Shown here piece after piece: positions 25,962 to 44,200 of a DNA stretch of 64,000 nucleotides. A program made the position numbers and the translations under genes. The notes beneath the pieces were generated by a model. That model worked only from the letters and a program-made list of their open reading frames with translations. It ran no database searches and had not been told where the DNA came from. The stretch lies in contig OZ024741.1 in the NCBI GenBank assembly GCA_964016885.1, positions 140,678,001-140,742,000 of the forward strand, given 5' to 3'. This stretch comes from Eledone cirrhosa (taxonomy: Eukaryota). How positions within the stretch are numbered: position 1 is the first letter of the stretch; each line of letters begins with the position of its first letter.

Positions 25962-28900
25962 TGCTTTCTTTATTAACCACAAGGGTTTACATAAAGTAGA
26001 CATAAAGGACAGTACAGGACAAAAAAATAACAATGAAAAATTCCCCAATAGGGGGGAGACTTCCGAGGGAGATTTGTGGAGAAAGCCCATTAAAAAGCCA
26101 CAGTGACCCTAACCACCAGGGCAAGTCCCCTCTCACAGTTTTCCACCTTTAATTTACAGACACATACTCACCCATATTTCAACAAAATGCTGGGAAGAGA
26201 GCAATTCCCTCTCTACCCTGATTTTCCTTTACAAATGAAATTTGAAAAAGTTAATCAGGGAATCACCGAAGAGGTAAGTGCTCGTCTTCAGCCCTTTCAA
26301 ACGTGTCCACCATGCTATCACTTTCGCCTTGGCCACCAGACAGATAAAAACTGCCTGCGCTTCCCGGCTAAAAGAAGAGGTTGGGGCAATCCTCACGATG
26401 GACTCAGCTGATAGCTGGATCCGTCCTACACGTGACAGCAGGTGTTCGACATAAACCCACAAGTCAGCAATGCTCAGACACTGGACGAGTGCGTGCAGGA
26501 CGGTTTCGTCACCCTGCGCGCATCTCCGACATGCACGGCTGACGGCACCTCCATGCCTGTAGAGTTTATTCCGAACTGGCACAACTCCTCGATAGCACTG
26601 CCAGGCCAGGGATTTCTGGAAGTTGTCCATAGGCCTCGGCCCGAAAGTTCTTCTGAAGAGATTGGCTAGTTGATTTTCGTCGACGCCTAGAGGTCCTTCA
26701 AGTACGTCGTCGCTCTTCCCCTCCACTAATGCTCTATAGAACGCCAAGGTGGCGTTTCCACCGATCGCATTGCCCGATTGGTCGAGGGCTGTGAGCGTCT
26801 GCAGACATTCCAGTCTCCAAGCGCTCCCTCTCGGTCTTCGCTTGACCCAGGACAGCAGCTCCGTCAAGGAGACGAGCTGAGAAAAGACGCGTCTAGAAAG
26901 CGGCGACCACACCTGATCACCGTCGAGGAAGAGGTGGAGATCTCGTAGCCTGAGCGCGTGTCTGCGCATCATCAGCCACGGCATGCCCAGCCCTCCACGT
27001 AGCGGGTGTTGACAGCAGTTGAACCGCCTGAACATCGGAGCGCGTCTCTTCCACAAAAAGAGCAAACGCTCCAGCGCAGTCAGGCGGGGCTTAGGACAAG
27101 GTACGACGGTCAGGCGGTAGTAGATGACGTATGCGATGTACGCGTTAGCCACGTCCGTTCGACCTTTCAGGGATAGCTTCCTCTCAGCCCATTTCTGTTT
27201 GAGAGAAGCCATCCTGTTCGTCACCTCGTCCCAGTTTTTGTCCGTCTGGCGGTCCGGACCGAACCAGACCCCTAGCAATTTAACCGATCCGTCCGTCCAG
27301 CGCCCTACGGCGCTGTTGAACGGCATGGACCTGCCTCTCCAGGTGCCGAGCTGCAGGCCCACTGACATTTCCTGGTTGATCATTGCTCCTGTCACCGCTT
27401 CGTATTCTCTTAATGTAGTGCCGATCACCTCGATGTGTTTGGCGTTCGACACCACTACGGTGACATCGTCCGCATGTGCTGACACGGATCTTCCACATCC
27501 TAGTTCGCGCGGGACCCCCCTCAACGTCTCCAGTTTGTGCAGTAATGGCTCGAGAGTCAATATTAAAAGAGGGACGAGAGGGGACATCCTTCGCGGACCG
27601 AGCGCATGATGTTGAAAGATTCCGAAAGGTGACCGTTCACTCTCACCACAGAGCAGATATCGCTGTGCATGGCAGTGATCCAGCCTCTGAAGACGGGCTC
27701 AAAAGCAGCCACCCTCAGGACTGCCGCTAGGTAACGATGGTCGACCCTATAGAAAGCTTTCGACTGATCTAAATTGATCAAGGACCCACCCGTGCCATAT
27801 TCCCTAGCTTCCCTCTCTACAATGTATCGCTTGAGGTGGAGGTTGTCGTGGATGGATCTGTCGGGACTGGCGCATGTCTGCGCGTCTACCACCAGACCAC
27901 CAACGACAAGCGCCAACCTCTTTGCTACCACCTTGGCCAAAATCTTGAACTCTGTGTTTAGCAGAGTTATGGGCCTGAAATTATCTATGTTATCCCCCTT
28001 GTTCGCATACTTTCTCAGCAGCGCCACAGCTCCTCGGCTCACAGAGCTGGGAATTCTCCCGTTCTGTTTCCAGTTGCAGTAGACGTCCACAAAGAGGCCT
28101 CCGAACAAGTCTGGCATCTGTACGTAAAGTTCATAAGGAAGACCATCCAAACCAGGCGATTTACCCCTTGTGCAGCCAGTCATTGCCTCCCGTACTTCAG
28201 CGGCTGTTATCGGCTTTTCGCAACACTCCGCCTCAGTGGCTGAGAGCCGCGGCAGTCCGTCGAGGTAGACACTAAAGTCCATCCCTTGATCCGGCCCGCC
28301 GCGGACCCCGAACAGCTGAGAGAAGTGTCGCTGAAAACCTCACACATTTGCCCGGGATCGATTAGCATGCACCCGTCGTGGTCCACCAAATACCGGATCG
28401 TGGTTTTGTTGCCACGACGGGCCTCAGCCACTCGGGCCCATTGAACGGCTTTCGTCCCCTCGTGTCTGAGAGCACGCACCCTAGCTCTCACAACGCAGCC
28501 TTCGTGCTTTGCATTGAAGAATTGGTAAAGGGCCAATTTCGCCGCAGGTACGTCGGTCGCGATGCCTTTGCTAAGCGCCTCGTCTAATTTTCTAACTAGT
28601 TCTCCCTCTGCTCAATTTTTCTCTATTGCTAAAGCCTTACTAAACCTAATGAACTCTATTCTAATCGCTCTTTTCAGAGCAAACCACCACTTGTTTTTGA
28701 CGATGGCCCCCGTCAACGCCCGCTTAACTAATTCGCTAATCCGGTCTATGTAGGCCTTGCGCGGTGGTAAGGACGCGTTTATCTTCCAGTAGCCGGGTCC
28801 TCGTCTATGAAGCCTATCTAAGTCAAGCACACGGATCACGAATTTGTGGTCCGTGTAGCTGACTATTTTGAATTGTGGATAGCCTATGCTAGACCTATCT

Positions 28901-31751
28901 ATTTCCCTACAAAATACACCATCTAGATATGATATGGATGACCCTCTGCGATTTGTCCAAGTCCACATTGGCACATTCTGGAAATCCAATCGGTACCTGT
29001 CAAACAGTTCAAAACGCCTGAGCAGGTTGGTGAGGCTATTGCACCCTCCTCCCCTATCCGCTAATCCCACACAGTCCCAGCGTGCATCTAAGATCCCGTT
29101 CCAGTCGCCCACTAACACTAAAGAGCGGGACGTTCCAAGAAAGGTCTCCAGACGCCGGAAGAAATCAGGCCGCCCTGCTCCTGTCAGAGCATAGACGGCC
29201 ACTGGCCTGAAAGCTTGCCCGTCTCCGCTGGTCACGTCCGGCACCATCAACTTACCCTCTGGGTCCAGGAAGATGGCCCGTATGGCGAGATCCGAACCTC
29301 TCCGAAAAAGAACAGCAATCCCCCCCCCCCCCGATCCAGGGCGGCTGGGAGATGCGTACATATCGTAGCCGCAGAAGATCGGAGCGAAGGCCCGTGCGCC
29401 GGAGATTCTGCTCTCGCTGATGGCCACTACATCTATGTTTAGTGACCTGAGGTCGTTGAGAAGGTGGCCCTGCTTCCATGACGACCCCAAGCCACTCGCA
29501 TTTTTGCTGCCTATTCTGAGTGGGTCATGTTGAAATGGAGTGGAAAAGATGGGAAAGACCACTTACCTTACTTCTCGTAGAAGAAGGATGGTTTCTCCAT
29601 CCTTTTCACTGTTTGTAGCCTCCTTCGGAAAGATGTCCTTATCAATCCTTCAGGAGAGTGCTTGTCGGAAGTCTGCAATATCTTTGGGGAATTTTTGTTT
29701 TAGTGTCGTGTACGTTTTCTGTGTGATGCGAGTGATTTGTATGTGTGGAGGTGGTGTGAACTTTTGGATTGTTGTGTAGTCTTTTTCTGAGATGCTGGTG
29801 TTGTGTTGGATATAGTGTAATAATTGGTTGTTGTTCAAATTTAATGCTGTGTAGTGTGTTTCGTTTTGGTTGTTTTGTTTTGTTTGCGTTTGTTGTGGGT
29901 TTGTTTCGGTTTCGCTTTTTGGTGACTTTTGTGGTGTTGGTGGTGTTGGGGTTAATGATGGTGATGGTGTTGGAGTTTGTGGTGCTGGGGTTGGTGATGC
30001 TGGTGTGGATGGTGGCATATCTGTCCTAACTTTTTTGTTTGATAGTTTATTTGTTTCCCTCTGTATTTTGTTTTTGGAGGGGGAAGCAAGAGCATTTTTT
30101 TCTTTTTGGTTTCTTTTTCTTTTTTTCTGATACCGTTTCCCACTCCTCGTCGTCACAATCTGTCTCCAGTTGCGATAAGCCTGGGAGTGGAAAATCCTCC
30201 ATAGGCGTTGGTTTTGGTTGTGGTGTGGTGGATGGTGTAGGCGCTGGTGCTAGTTCTGGCGCGTTGGGAGGTGGTGTTGTTTTGCTACTGTTGCTGGGGT
30301 TGTTGCTGTTACAGTTGCTTCTCTTGTTGCTGCTACAGTTGTTGCTGCCATTTCGGCTGCTGGTGGTGTTGATGGTTGTGTCACTGGTGTGAGTAAGAGA
30401 GGTGGCCTCAACCTTTTAGCCTGAGGGCAGAAAGCCCTTAGGTGGGTTCCTTCACCACAAACGACACACCTAGGCCTTCTGCCCTCGACGATTACGGTGA
30501 GGTGGCTGCCGTCAGTGAGGTCTATTACCTCTGGGATCTCCTCAATGCTTTTTTGGTCCGCTTCGATCAGGAGCTCCATCCCAGATCCGGACCAGTTCTC
30601 CTGCTTTTCTTTCGCTATTTCGATTAGCTTGGCGTTAGCCGCGATGCCGGCGAGGACGGCAGCCATTAGCCAGGGAATTTCGATGGCCGGTGGAATATTG
30701 TTCACCCTGATCTTCAAGAGTCTCTGGCCACAATAGCTTCGGACGAGTGTGAAGTCGTCACTTCTTAATAGGGCTATGGAGTGTTCTCTGGCCTCCTGTT
30801 GTGTTTCAAAGAACACGTCCACGGTTCCATATTTCTGCCCACTTCTGATGTGGGTTTTTTTTTCCGAAACATGCCCCAAAGCTTTTGGGATTTTGGACTC
30901 GGATGCCCGTTCCAATCGGCGCGATTTTATGTTAATGGTCCGATAAGACACGGTGCATAGGCGCCGATGCTCCATTTTATTAGGTGTGTGTGTAAGGGGC
31001 CCTGACCCTGTACACATCTTTCTTTACCATAATCTTGGCTTCATTTAATTCCTCCTGAGTTCCCTCGATGTTTCGCATTGCTTGGCTGCTTTGGCAAACG
31101 ACACATTTGCGGTGGTGTTGATGTTTTTGTTGTTATTCTCATTGTTGTTGTTGCTGTTGTTGTTATTGTTATTTTTGTTATTGTTATTTTTGTTATTGTT
31201 ATTTTTGTTATTGTTATTTTTGTTATTGTTATTTTAAGTTTCAATTGTGGTGGTGGTGGCGTCAGTGGTGTTCGGTGTGGAAGAATTCGATTCTGGGTGA
31301 ATCCATTTCGATGTCACGAGATAATAATTTATGTTCTTCTTTTGTTTCTGTTGTCGCTGTGGTGGTGGTGGGGGGTGGGGGGGTGGGGGAATATCTGCAT
31401 GAGACAAATTTAAATTATTGTTACTGCTTATATATTTTGTGTTGGCAAACTTAGTAATATTTACAATGGTGTTGTTGGTGTGAGGTGTTAGTTTGTGAGG
31501 AAGGCCTTCAGCCTGGTGTGGCTGTGTTTCGTCCATGATTTTTTCAAAGAAAATTTTTGTTTGATAATTATAAAAGTTTAAATTTTGGCTTCAAGGCCCC
31601 AATCTTTTTGAGTGTCCTTTTCCGAAAGCAATATATGTGAACATATAAAGACTTAACAACAAAGATCTTCCATGAATGGCAATTTGAAAAAAAATGAAAA
31701 CAACAAACCTTTGCGGAGCTCACGATAATACGATTTCCTACGTAGGTGGCC
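25962..31751 (-). mobile_element. Tx1/L1-clade LINE, near full length, frameshifted
   Basis: ORF1 pieces with zinc knuckle CVVCGEGTHLRAFC (30250-31017); APE LRIGSKNASGL..AISE..VGDWN..YLD..TDH (28612-29562); RT KSPGLDGLP, FRPITLLN, LDQSKAFYRV, VREGCPLS, SAHADDV; C-terminal CRRC..ETVLHALVQC; AATAAA then (ATT)n at the 3' end. (AAT)n lies on both sides. Confidence 0.9.
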
Positions 31752-31823
<72 letters not shown>

Positions 31824-31826
<3 letters not shown>

Positions 31827-34800
31827 CTAAAACTTAAAAAACAAAAACTAAGTCAGACATTCGAACACTACATTACAATGAAACTTATGCTTATTCATTT
31901 TTGGGGCCCTTTCTGCCTGTGTGTTTGTTTGTTTATGTGTGTTCGTATACAGCGTGGTGATAATGCCACACAAGGGCCAAGTGGAATGGCGGATCCACAG
32001 ATGGATATGTAACCATACATTCGCCAATCCTCGATAAGAGTGTTTAAATATCGAACATAAACAGTTCGAATAACGGTGAAATGGAGACTAGAACGTCATG
32101 TGACAGACTCTCACCCAACAGGTGCCCCCTGGCTCAGCAGCAGGAACCTGACTGTCAACCAAATACTGCTGATGTTGGAGGAAGGAGAAGAAGGAAAGGG
32201 GCCAGAACCAACTGGACGAAAGAATTGAATAGAACTGTTATGCAATGTTACCTGAAAAGTAACCCCAAGGAGAGGGGCTACAGGAGACGGATGCATAACA
32301 TCTGGAACGAGATTGGTTTATTTAAATTAGATGAACAAAAATTGGCCGGGCAGGCTCGGGTAATAAGAACTAATGGGTGGATAAGCGAGCTGGAACTGGA
32401 GGAACTGAGCAGAGAGAATGGCTTGGAGATGGCGGGTGTAGTATGCCAGACAAGCGAGCCAGTGGGAAATGAAGGTGAGGAGGTCCTGAGAACGGAGGAA
32501 CAACCCGAAACAGACAACGATCTGAATACTGAGATAAATAATACCTGGAACAGAGATACGGCCACTGAGGAGAAGAATGCTGACGGGCTAGGACAAGATT
32601 CGGTTGACATCCTAAATTTAGTGGTAGATGAATTGAACAATGATAGTGGGAGACCTATGAACCTAAGATTTGTAGACAGGAAAAAGTTAAAAGAAACAAC
32701 AGATAAGGTAAACAAAGTCATCCCATACCTTGAGGCGAGGAGCCTTCACCAGTGCAACAATATCCTCAAAGCAACAGCAAATACGGTGAGGAAACTACTT
32801 GGTATAAAAGCGAGAGGAAACAACAGACAAGAAAGAGCAGAGCCGTGGTGGAAGAAGCGACTGAGTGGGCAAATCGGGGAAATGAGAAATGACATAGGAA
32901 AGCTTGAGTCACTACTGAATGGGACACTAAAAAACATAGGCGCTAAAAATAGACTGGAAATAAAATACAAAGCTAGGAGTAAAAAGCTAAATATTATCAT
33001 AGAGGAATTGAAGCAACGCATTGTAGCAAAGAGTGCAAAAATCAGGCGATACGAGAACAGAGTCAGTCAGTATAAACAGAACCGCATGTTCGACAACAAC
33101 CAGAAGATGCTGTTTGGACAGCTTGAGGGGAAAGAAAGAGGCAACGACTTGATCCCTGGGGCGGAACAAACTAAAACATTCTGGAGAGGAATATGGGAGC
33201 AGGATGTCAGACATAATGCCCAGGCAGGGTGGATTGAGACAGTACAGAGGGAGATCGGTGAGCAGGCACAACAACAAATTGATTTGAGTATCACAGTTGA
33301 AACTCTTAAGGGGCAGGCCAAAAAACTAACCAACTGGAAATCACCAGGCCCAGATGGTGTGCAGGGGTATTGGATTAAACATTTAACATCCCTCCACCCG
33401 AAGCTGACGGCCATGTTCAATGACTGCTTGGTGTCGAAGTGAGGTGCCAGAGTGGTTGACAAAAGGTACCACAGTTCTGATAATGAAAGACCGAATCAAG
33501 GGTAATGATGTTACCAACTATAGACCTATCACATGTCTGTCCGTAATGTGGAAACTGTTGACGGGCATTGTGTCTGAGGAAATCTACCATCACCTCCACA
33601 CAAATAACTTGTTACCGGACGAACAGAAAGGATGCCGAAAGAAGTCACGTGGTACAAAGGACCAGTTACTTATTGATAAGATGGTAATGGGGAATTGCAG
33701 GAGGAGACACACTGATCTTGCCATGGGATGGATAGACTACAGAAAGGCATTTGACATGGTGCCTCATTCTTGGATCACCAAAAGCCTGGAGATCTTCAGG
33801 GTGGCAGATAACATCAGACAGTTGCTGGGCAGGAGTATGGGATCCTGGGAGACAGAGTTGACATCAACTGGAGTATCCTTGGGAAGCGTGAAGATCAAGA
33901 GAGGTATCTTCCAGGGAGATAGCCTGTCCCCTCTGTTGTTTGTCCTTGCCCTAATGCCCTTGATCATTATGCTGCGAAAAGTGAGAGCAGGATACAAGTT
34001 GGGAAAGGGAGAGCTTACCATCAATCACCTCCTCTTCATGGACGATCTTAAGCTCTTCGGGAAAAGTGAGAAGGAGTTGGATGTGCTTGTTGACACTGTC
34101 CGTATTTTCAGCAGTGATATATGTATGCAGTTTGGTATTGGTAAATGTGGAGTCATTGTGATGAGGAGGGGTAGGTTGAGCAGAAGTAGCGGGATCCAGA
34201 TACCAACAGGTGAGATGATAAAGGAAATTGACTCTGAGGAAGGATACAAGTATTTGGGCGTTCTGGAGGCTGATGGCATAAAGAACAAAAAAATGAAGGA
34301 ATTGTTAAGAACTGAATACATTCGGAGAGTAAGGAGCGTATTGAAGTCACATCTGAACAGCAGAAATGCCATAAGCGCAGTAAATTCCCGAGCTGTGTCT
34401 ATTATTAGGTACAGTGCGGGAATTCTGAGATGGAATGTTGCTGAACAAAAAGAAATGAATAGGAAGACTAGGAAGCTATTGACTATCTACAACATGTTCC
34501 ACAAGAGGAGTGATGTCGATAGACTCTACCTAAGGAGATCTGAGGGTGGAAGAGGTCTTATCAGCATAGAGGACTGTGTTCAGATGGAGAAAAACAACCT
34601 ATACAAATACGTGACCTATAGTAAGGAGCCAATGCTCAAAACTGTACTGAAGGAGGGGACAGTAGGCCAGGGGATGTCCAAGGAGGAAATAACATCAAGG
34701 AGGAAGAGCAGCCTTAAGGGAAAATCCCTTCATAGTACCTTCTTTGAGAAAACTGAATTTAGAGATCCACAGACATGGAACTGGTTGAGAAGAGGAGACC

Positions 34801-35579
34801 TCAAAAAGGCTACAGAAGGAATGCTAATGGCTGCGCAAGAGCAGGCCCTCAAAACGAAGTGGTTGAAGCACCATATCTACAAGGAGGAGGCTAGCCCACT
34901 GTGCAGGATCTGTGGAGAGAGAGAGGAGACTGTGGCTCACATTGTGTCCGAGTGTAAACACCTAGCCCAGACCCACTATAAGGGCTGGAGACACGATGTG
35001 ATGGGCAGGGTGATCCACTGGCACCTGTGCAAAGTAAACAATTTACCACATTCTGAGAAATGGTATGAGCATAGGCCGGAGGCGGTGATGGATAACAATG
35101 AGGTGAAGGTGCTGTGGGATTTTAGGATACAGACGGACAAAAAACTGGAACACAATAGACCTGACCTGGTGGTTGTGGACAAGGAAAAAAGATCGTGTCT
35201 GATTGTGGATGTGGCCTGCCCGTTCGACACGAGAGTGCAAGAGAAGGAGAGGGAGAAAATTAACCGATACCAGGACCTAAAGTGGGAGGTGAAAAGGATT
35301 TGGAACTGCCATGAAGTCAAAGTGATCCCGATTGTCATAGGCGCACTGGGGACTATCTCCAAAAGTTTCCAGGGATGGTTAAAGAAAATCGGCCCCTTCA
35401 CGCTTTTTGGAACGCTTCAAAAGGCATGCTTGCTTGGAACAGCAAGAACCCTCCGATACGTCCTGAATATCTGAGGCTGCAGGTAATGGCTTGATATTCA
35501 TTCCAACGGACTTTCCAGTTAACCAACATCAATGACTGAGATTCAAGGAATAACAACAATAATAATAATAATAATAATA
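31824..35579 (+). mobile_element. R4/Dong-type element, family 1, full length (copy B)
   Basis: Preceded by (AAT)n at 31752-31823; ~260-bp 5' UTR, ORF with one frameshift, (AAT)n tail. Confidence 0.95.
32081..35474 (+). pseudogene. RT + CCHC zinc finger + restriction-like endonuclease ORF (~1130 aa), single +1 indel near 33437
   Basis: ORFs 32081-33442 and 33420-35474; motifs [34 protein letters not shown]. Confidence 0.9.
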
Positions 35580-35581
35580 GG

Positions 35582-36362
35582 GAAGAAGACGCACGAGGTG
35601 ACGGAGGTCATGAAATCGCTCCCGTAAGTTTTGAATTTTTAACATATTTAAATCATTTGTGAAATAACAACTCTTAGTACAAATGCCACGTAAAGCACCC
35701 GGCTTGAGCCCCAACAAATTCGGACCCAAAATATATTGTTATAAGGCTCAAATATTCAAATATTCAACTTTGTATTGTACACTGTATATCCAAAAAAAAA
35801 ATGGCTATAAATGGAAGAAGAACCCCCTCCCTCCTCCTCTGTCTACACTATATAGAACAGCCAAACTCACCAACACCAGAAACTAGATACACCACCCACC
35901 CCATCACCTGTGTACACTAAACCACCACCGCTCACTACGGCCTATCATTACAACCATTATCCCATCACCGCCGCCACCACCCCTTCACTCCTTCACTGCT
36001 ACCACCGCTACAGCACCATCACTACAGTAATACGGTCACATCACCGCCACCACTGCCTCGGTATCGACATCACCACCACCACTGTCTCAGTATCGCTACC
36101 GCCGCCAGTCTCCCACTCTTCAAGCTGGCTGCTGCCACCACATTATAGAATCCCTACTGCTAAAAAAGAGGAAGGCATCAAAATATATAGATAGACTCAA
36201 AAGAAAAAAGAAAAAACAAACAACAAAACCAAAGCAGCACAGCAACAACAACAAAAAACGAGAAAAACAAACAGAGAAAAACAAAAAAAAAAAAAAAAAA
36301 AAAAACGTAAAGAAAATAAGAATGAAGAGAGAAGCAGGCGGACGGACAGAGAAGAGGGGGGA
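35582..36362 (+). repeat. Unclassified repeat X (copy 1)
   Basis: gaagaagacgcacgaggtg...catgaaatcgctccc is homologous to 40278-41120; C/A-rich body and A-rich end. Confidence 0.6.
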
Positions 36363-40256
<3,894 letters not shown>

Positions 40257-40277
40257 AAGAAGAAGAAGAAGAAGAAG

Positions 40278-41120
40278 AAGAAGACGCACGAGGTGGTAGA
40301 AGGTCATGAAATCGCTCCCATAAGTTTTTGATTTTTAACATATTTAAATCAATTGTGAAATAACAATTCTTAGTACAAATGTTGCATAAACCACCGAATG
40401 AAGTCCCATAAAATTTCGGATCCATATTATATTGTTATATCGCTCAAATATTCAATTTCGTATTATATATTTTGTATTCAAAAAAAAGAAAATGGTTATA
40501 AATGGAAGAAAACACCCTCTGTCTACACTATATAGAACAGCCAAATAACAGCAATTTCACCCACACCAGAAACTTGATACACCACCTATCCCATCACACT
40601 AAATATAACAGCCAGATAACGGCAATTTCACCACCACCACCATCAATCCCGGCATGATAATAATAATTACTATTATTATTGTCTCAAATTTTAACAAAAT
40701 GTTTAATTCCAATTTTACGGGAATATGTCAACACAATATATATTAAACATACGAACACAAACTCATAGATACTACATATCACAAAACCCAGTAACCACAA
40801 CGCCACCGCCGCCACCACCCCATCCATCATCTTGCTACCACTATCCCATCGCCGCCGCCACCACTCCTTCATTGCTACCACCACTATTCCCCTGTTAACT
40901 TGAGAGAGAAAGGGGAAGGTGGCGGTATCACTAGACAAGGGAGAGGCTAGCAAAAGATATAAATAGATTGACTTAGTGACCTGGCCACCGGCCAAACGTC
41001 AACATCAACAACTGTGGGACTGCTGGCTCACCCCTTCCTCACCAACAATATAAAAAGCCCCGGCACCACCACCGACATAGCCAACAACAATAACAGGCAA
41101 CTACAGCAAAAAGTATATTA
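40278..41120 (+). repeat. Unclassified repeat X (copy 2)
   Basis: Diverged homolog of 35582-36362; followed by a + strand SINE 3' fragment at 41128-41183. Confidence 0.6.
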
Positions 41121-41239
41121 TATTATTGTAATGCACTGGGTGATTGCTGGCCTTGTGCCTGGAGTGGAGACAATTATTAATAATTTCATTCTTAAGCCAC
41201 GCAATGCTAACATTAAGGAACCACTCATGATAATAACAA

Positions 41240-44200
41240 TTTAAAAAAAAACAACAAAAAGAAAACCCCGTGACCAATAAATACCGGGATGGCGGCCGGC
41301 GGGGAATAGCCGGGTCTCTAGGGGAGAATGACCCCTCTAGTCTTGGTTGACACTCGTTCTAGAAGTGGTAACACGAAATGATTACCCCTTGGCGGATAAG
41401 GATAAAACGCGACAAAATAAAGTAAATGTCTAATAATAAAATCTCATACCGGATCGGCCGTCACCCGGGTAAAAAAGGGCCGCGTCCCCCAGAGAGGAAC
41501 CAGACTGGGGTCGAAAAATCAGCTAATGGTTCAAACCTTCCCATCACTTCGGAGCTGGAGACCTCCCATAACCGGAATACTCCTATGGTTGGCCCTCCAT
41601 GCTCACCACCAAGAAATCCAAAGAAAAAGAGAGAAAAATGGTCAAGGGAAGATAATAAAGAAGTCCTTGAGGCTTTCTACACTGCCATGTACTACCCATC
41701 AAATACATCGAATACAGAACAGACATATATCAACTGGAAAAAGAAACATCCCGAAAACAGAGGCTATATTGACAGTAACAAACTAGCCAATATACGAAGA
41801 AATATTGTAACAAAAAAGTTACTAACTGATATAGAAATTGATCAGATCAAGCTATTAGCACAGAGTCAGCGAAGGGAAAATGAAACATGTGTCAGTGAAA
41901 ACGAGGTAAACTGTAACACTTCGAATCCCAGGGTTGGGGCGGAATCACTGGCAACAGAACAAATTAAAGAAAGGATCAAAAAAGTGGAGGGAGTGCATGC
42001 TAAGGATGAAACTCCAAATGACAATAATGAGATCGTAAATGATAAAGAAATGAATGAGAATGAACTTGCCAACTTGAAGGATGAAATTATGATCGAATGG
42101 ATGAAAATGAAAGAATCTGACATGGGGCAACGAGACACCCTCCGTAAGATCCAGAACTCCAAACAGATGCAAAAGATAATACACAAGACTAACATAATTC
42201 TCAAAAACATTATCATCACAAACAAACTAAACATTACTGATTTAAATCATCTCTATTATGCATCGGCTAAAGTCACCACTCACTTATGTGGAGTGAAGAT
42301 GAAAAAACAAAGGAATTCCCACAAGAAATCTACTTGGCAAGAGAACATCAATCGCCAAATAAACCTTCTCCGATCTGACAGAAATGTTAACAAACTATAA
42401 AGTAGGTGAACATGTTAAACAAACTAAACTTAGAAAATTGAAAAAAAGGTACAGTATAAAATCAACATGTGACATAGACATGCTGATAGAAATAATCAAG
42501 CAAAAAGTGTCGGCCAAAGCTGCTCGTATAAGGCGTTTCGAAAAACGATCTAGATTCTATAAGGACAATAATATGTTCAAAAACAACCAAAGAAACTTCT
42601 ACAGAAAAATTGGTAAGTCAACAATAACTGCTAAATCAATACCACCCAAGGAGGAAGTGCAAGAATTCTGGGAAAAGATCTGGGCCGAAGAAAAAGTTCA
42701 TAACATACATGCCCCATGGATAGACAGACAAATGAAAGATACAGCTCACCTTGAGGAACAAACATGGGAAAATATAACAGTTGAACAGTTGCGCTTGGCT
42801 CTAAGAAAAACCAGCAAATGGAAATCCCCAGGAAAAGACAAAATACAAAACTTTTGGATAAATGCCTTCACAGAGTCTCATGAGCTGTTAGCCCAACTTT
42901 ACAATGAAATAGTTAAGGAGCCAGAAAAGATACCTTCATGGCTAGTTAACGGCATTACATTCCTGCTTCCGAAGAATGATGAGACAAACAATCCCAAAAA
43001 TTACAGACCGATAACTTGCTTGACCACAATGTATAGAATGTTAACATCAGTCCTAACTGAATACACATATGACCACCTGATAATAAATGACCTATTTCCC
43101 ATTGAGCAGAAAGGGTGTAAACGAGGCTCATATGGCTGTAAGGATCAGCTTCTGGTTAACAAAATGATACTGGAAGATTGTCATAATAGACATAAAAATC
43201 TATCGATTGCTTGGATAGATTATAAAAAAACATTTGATAGTTTGCCACACAGTTGGATTGAAAAATGTTTAGAGATTTTCAAAGTATCCCCCGTTGTCGG
43301 GAGGTTTTTGTCATTCAGTATGAAGACATGGAAAACGACACTCCTTTTGAATAGTGAAACAAAATCACTGGAAGCTGGAGAAGTTAATATTAATTGTGGA
43401 ATTTTTCAGGGTGACTCTTTATCACCGCTTTTATTCTGCATCGCACTTATACCATTAAGTAAAATGCTCAATGAAACAAAACATGTCTATGACAAAACCA
43501 TTAATCACTTGTTCTACATCGATGACCTGAAACTATTTGCAAAAAATGATGAACAATTGCAAAGGCTATTATCCACTGTAAAGCAGTTCAGTGATGACAT
43601 TAAAATGGAGTTTGGACTAGATAAATGCGCCAAAGCAACGTTCACCAGAGGAAAGCTGCTGAAGAGTTCAGACAGTAATCTTGATCGGGGGAACGTGATA
43701 AGAGAACTTGATCAAGAAAAATCTTACAAATATCTAGGTGTTTGTGAAGGAGACGGAATCAAGCACTCGACAATGAGGGAAAGGATAAGGAAGGAATGTT
43801 ACCGCAGAGTAAGAGCAATCTTAAGAACGGAATTGAATGCAAGGAATAGGATCGATGCCATAAACACGCTTGCCATACCAGTAGTAACCTACAGTTACAA
43901 TGTCATCAACTGGTCAAGCACAGAGATCCGTAGGCTCAATACAAAAATTAGAAAATTCTTAACCATGCACAGAATGCATCACCCTAAGGCAGATATAGAT
44001 AGAATATATCTCCCTAGGAAAGAAGGAGGACGTGGGTTAATCCAGTTAGACATTGCGTTGAAAACTGCAACAATTGGATTATCTACATATCTAAGGAAAT
44101 CACATGATTGGATGATCAAACTCGTTTTGAAACACGAAAGCATCAAAAGATCATATTCCATTACAAAAGATGCACAAAGATACGGTAGTGGACTACAAAT

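Noticed and set aside
29561-29570. Perfect AAG/GTAAGT splice-donor word at the Tx1 ORF1/ORF2 boundary (minus)
   Set aside because: A single 9-mer with no acceptor or transcript evidence; it overlaps a probable ORF1 stop.
31746-32012. Upstream ORF in the Dong family 1 5' UTR (also 36322-36552)
   Set aside because: Identity between copies only reflects recent duplication; no sign of coding constraint.
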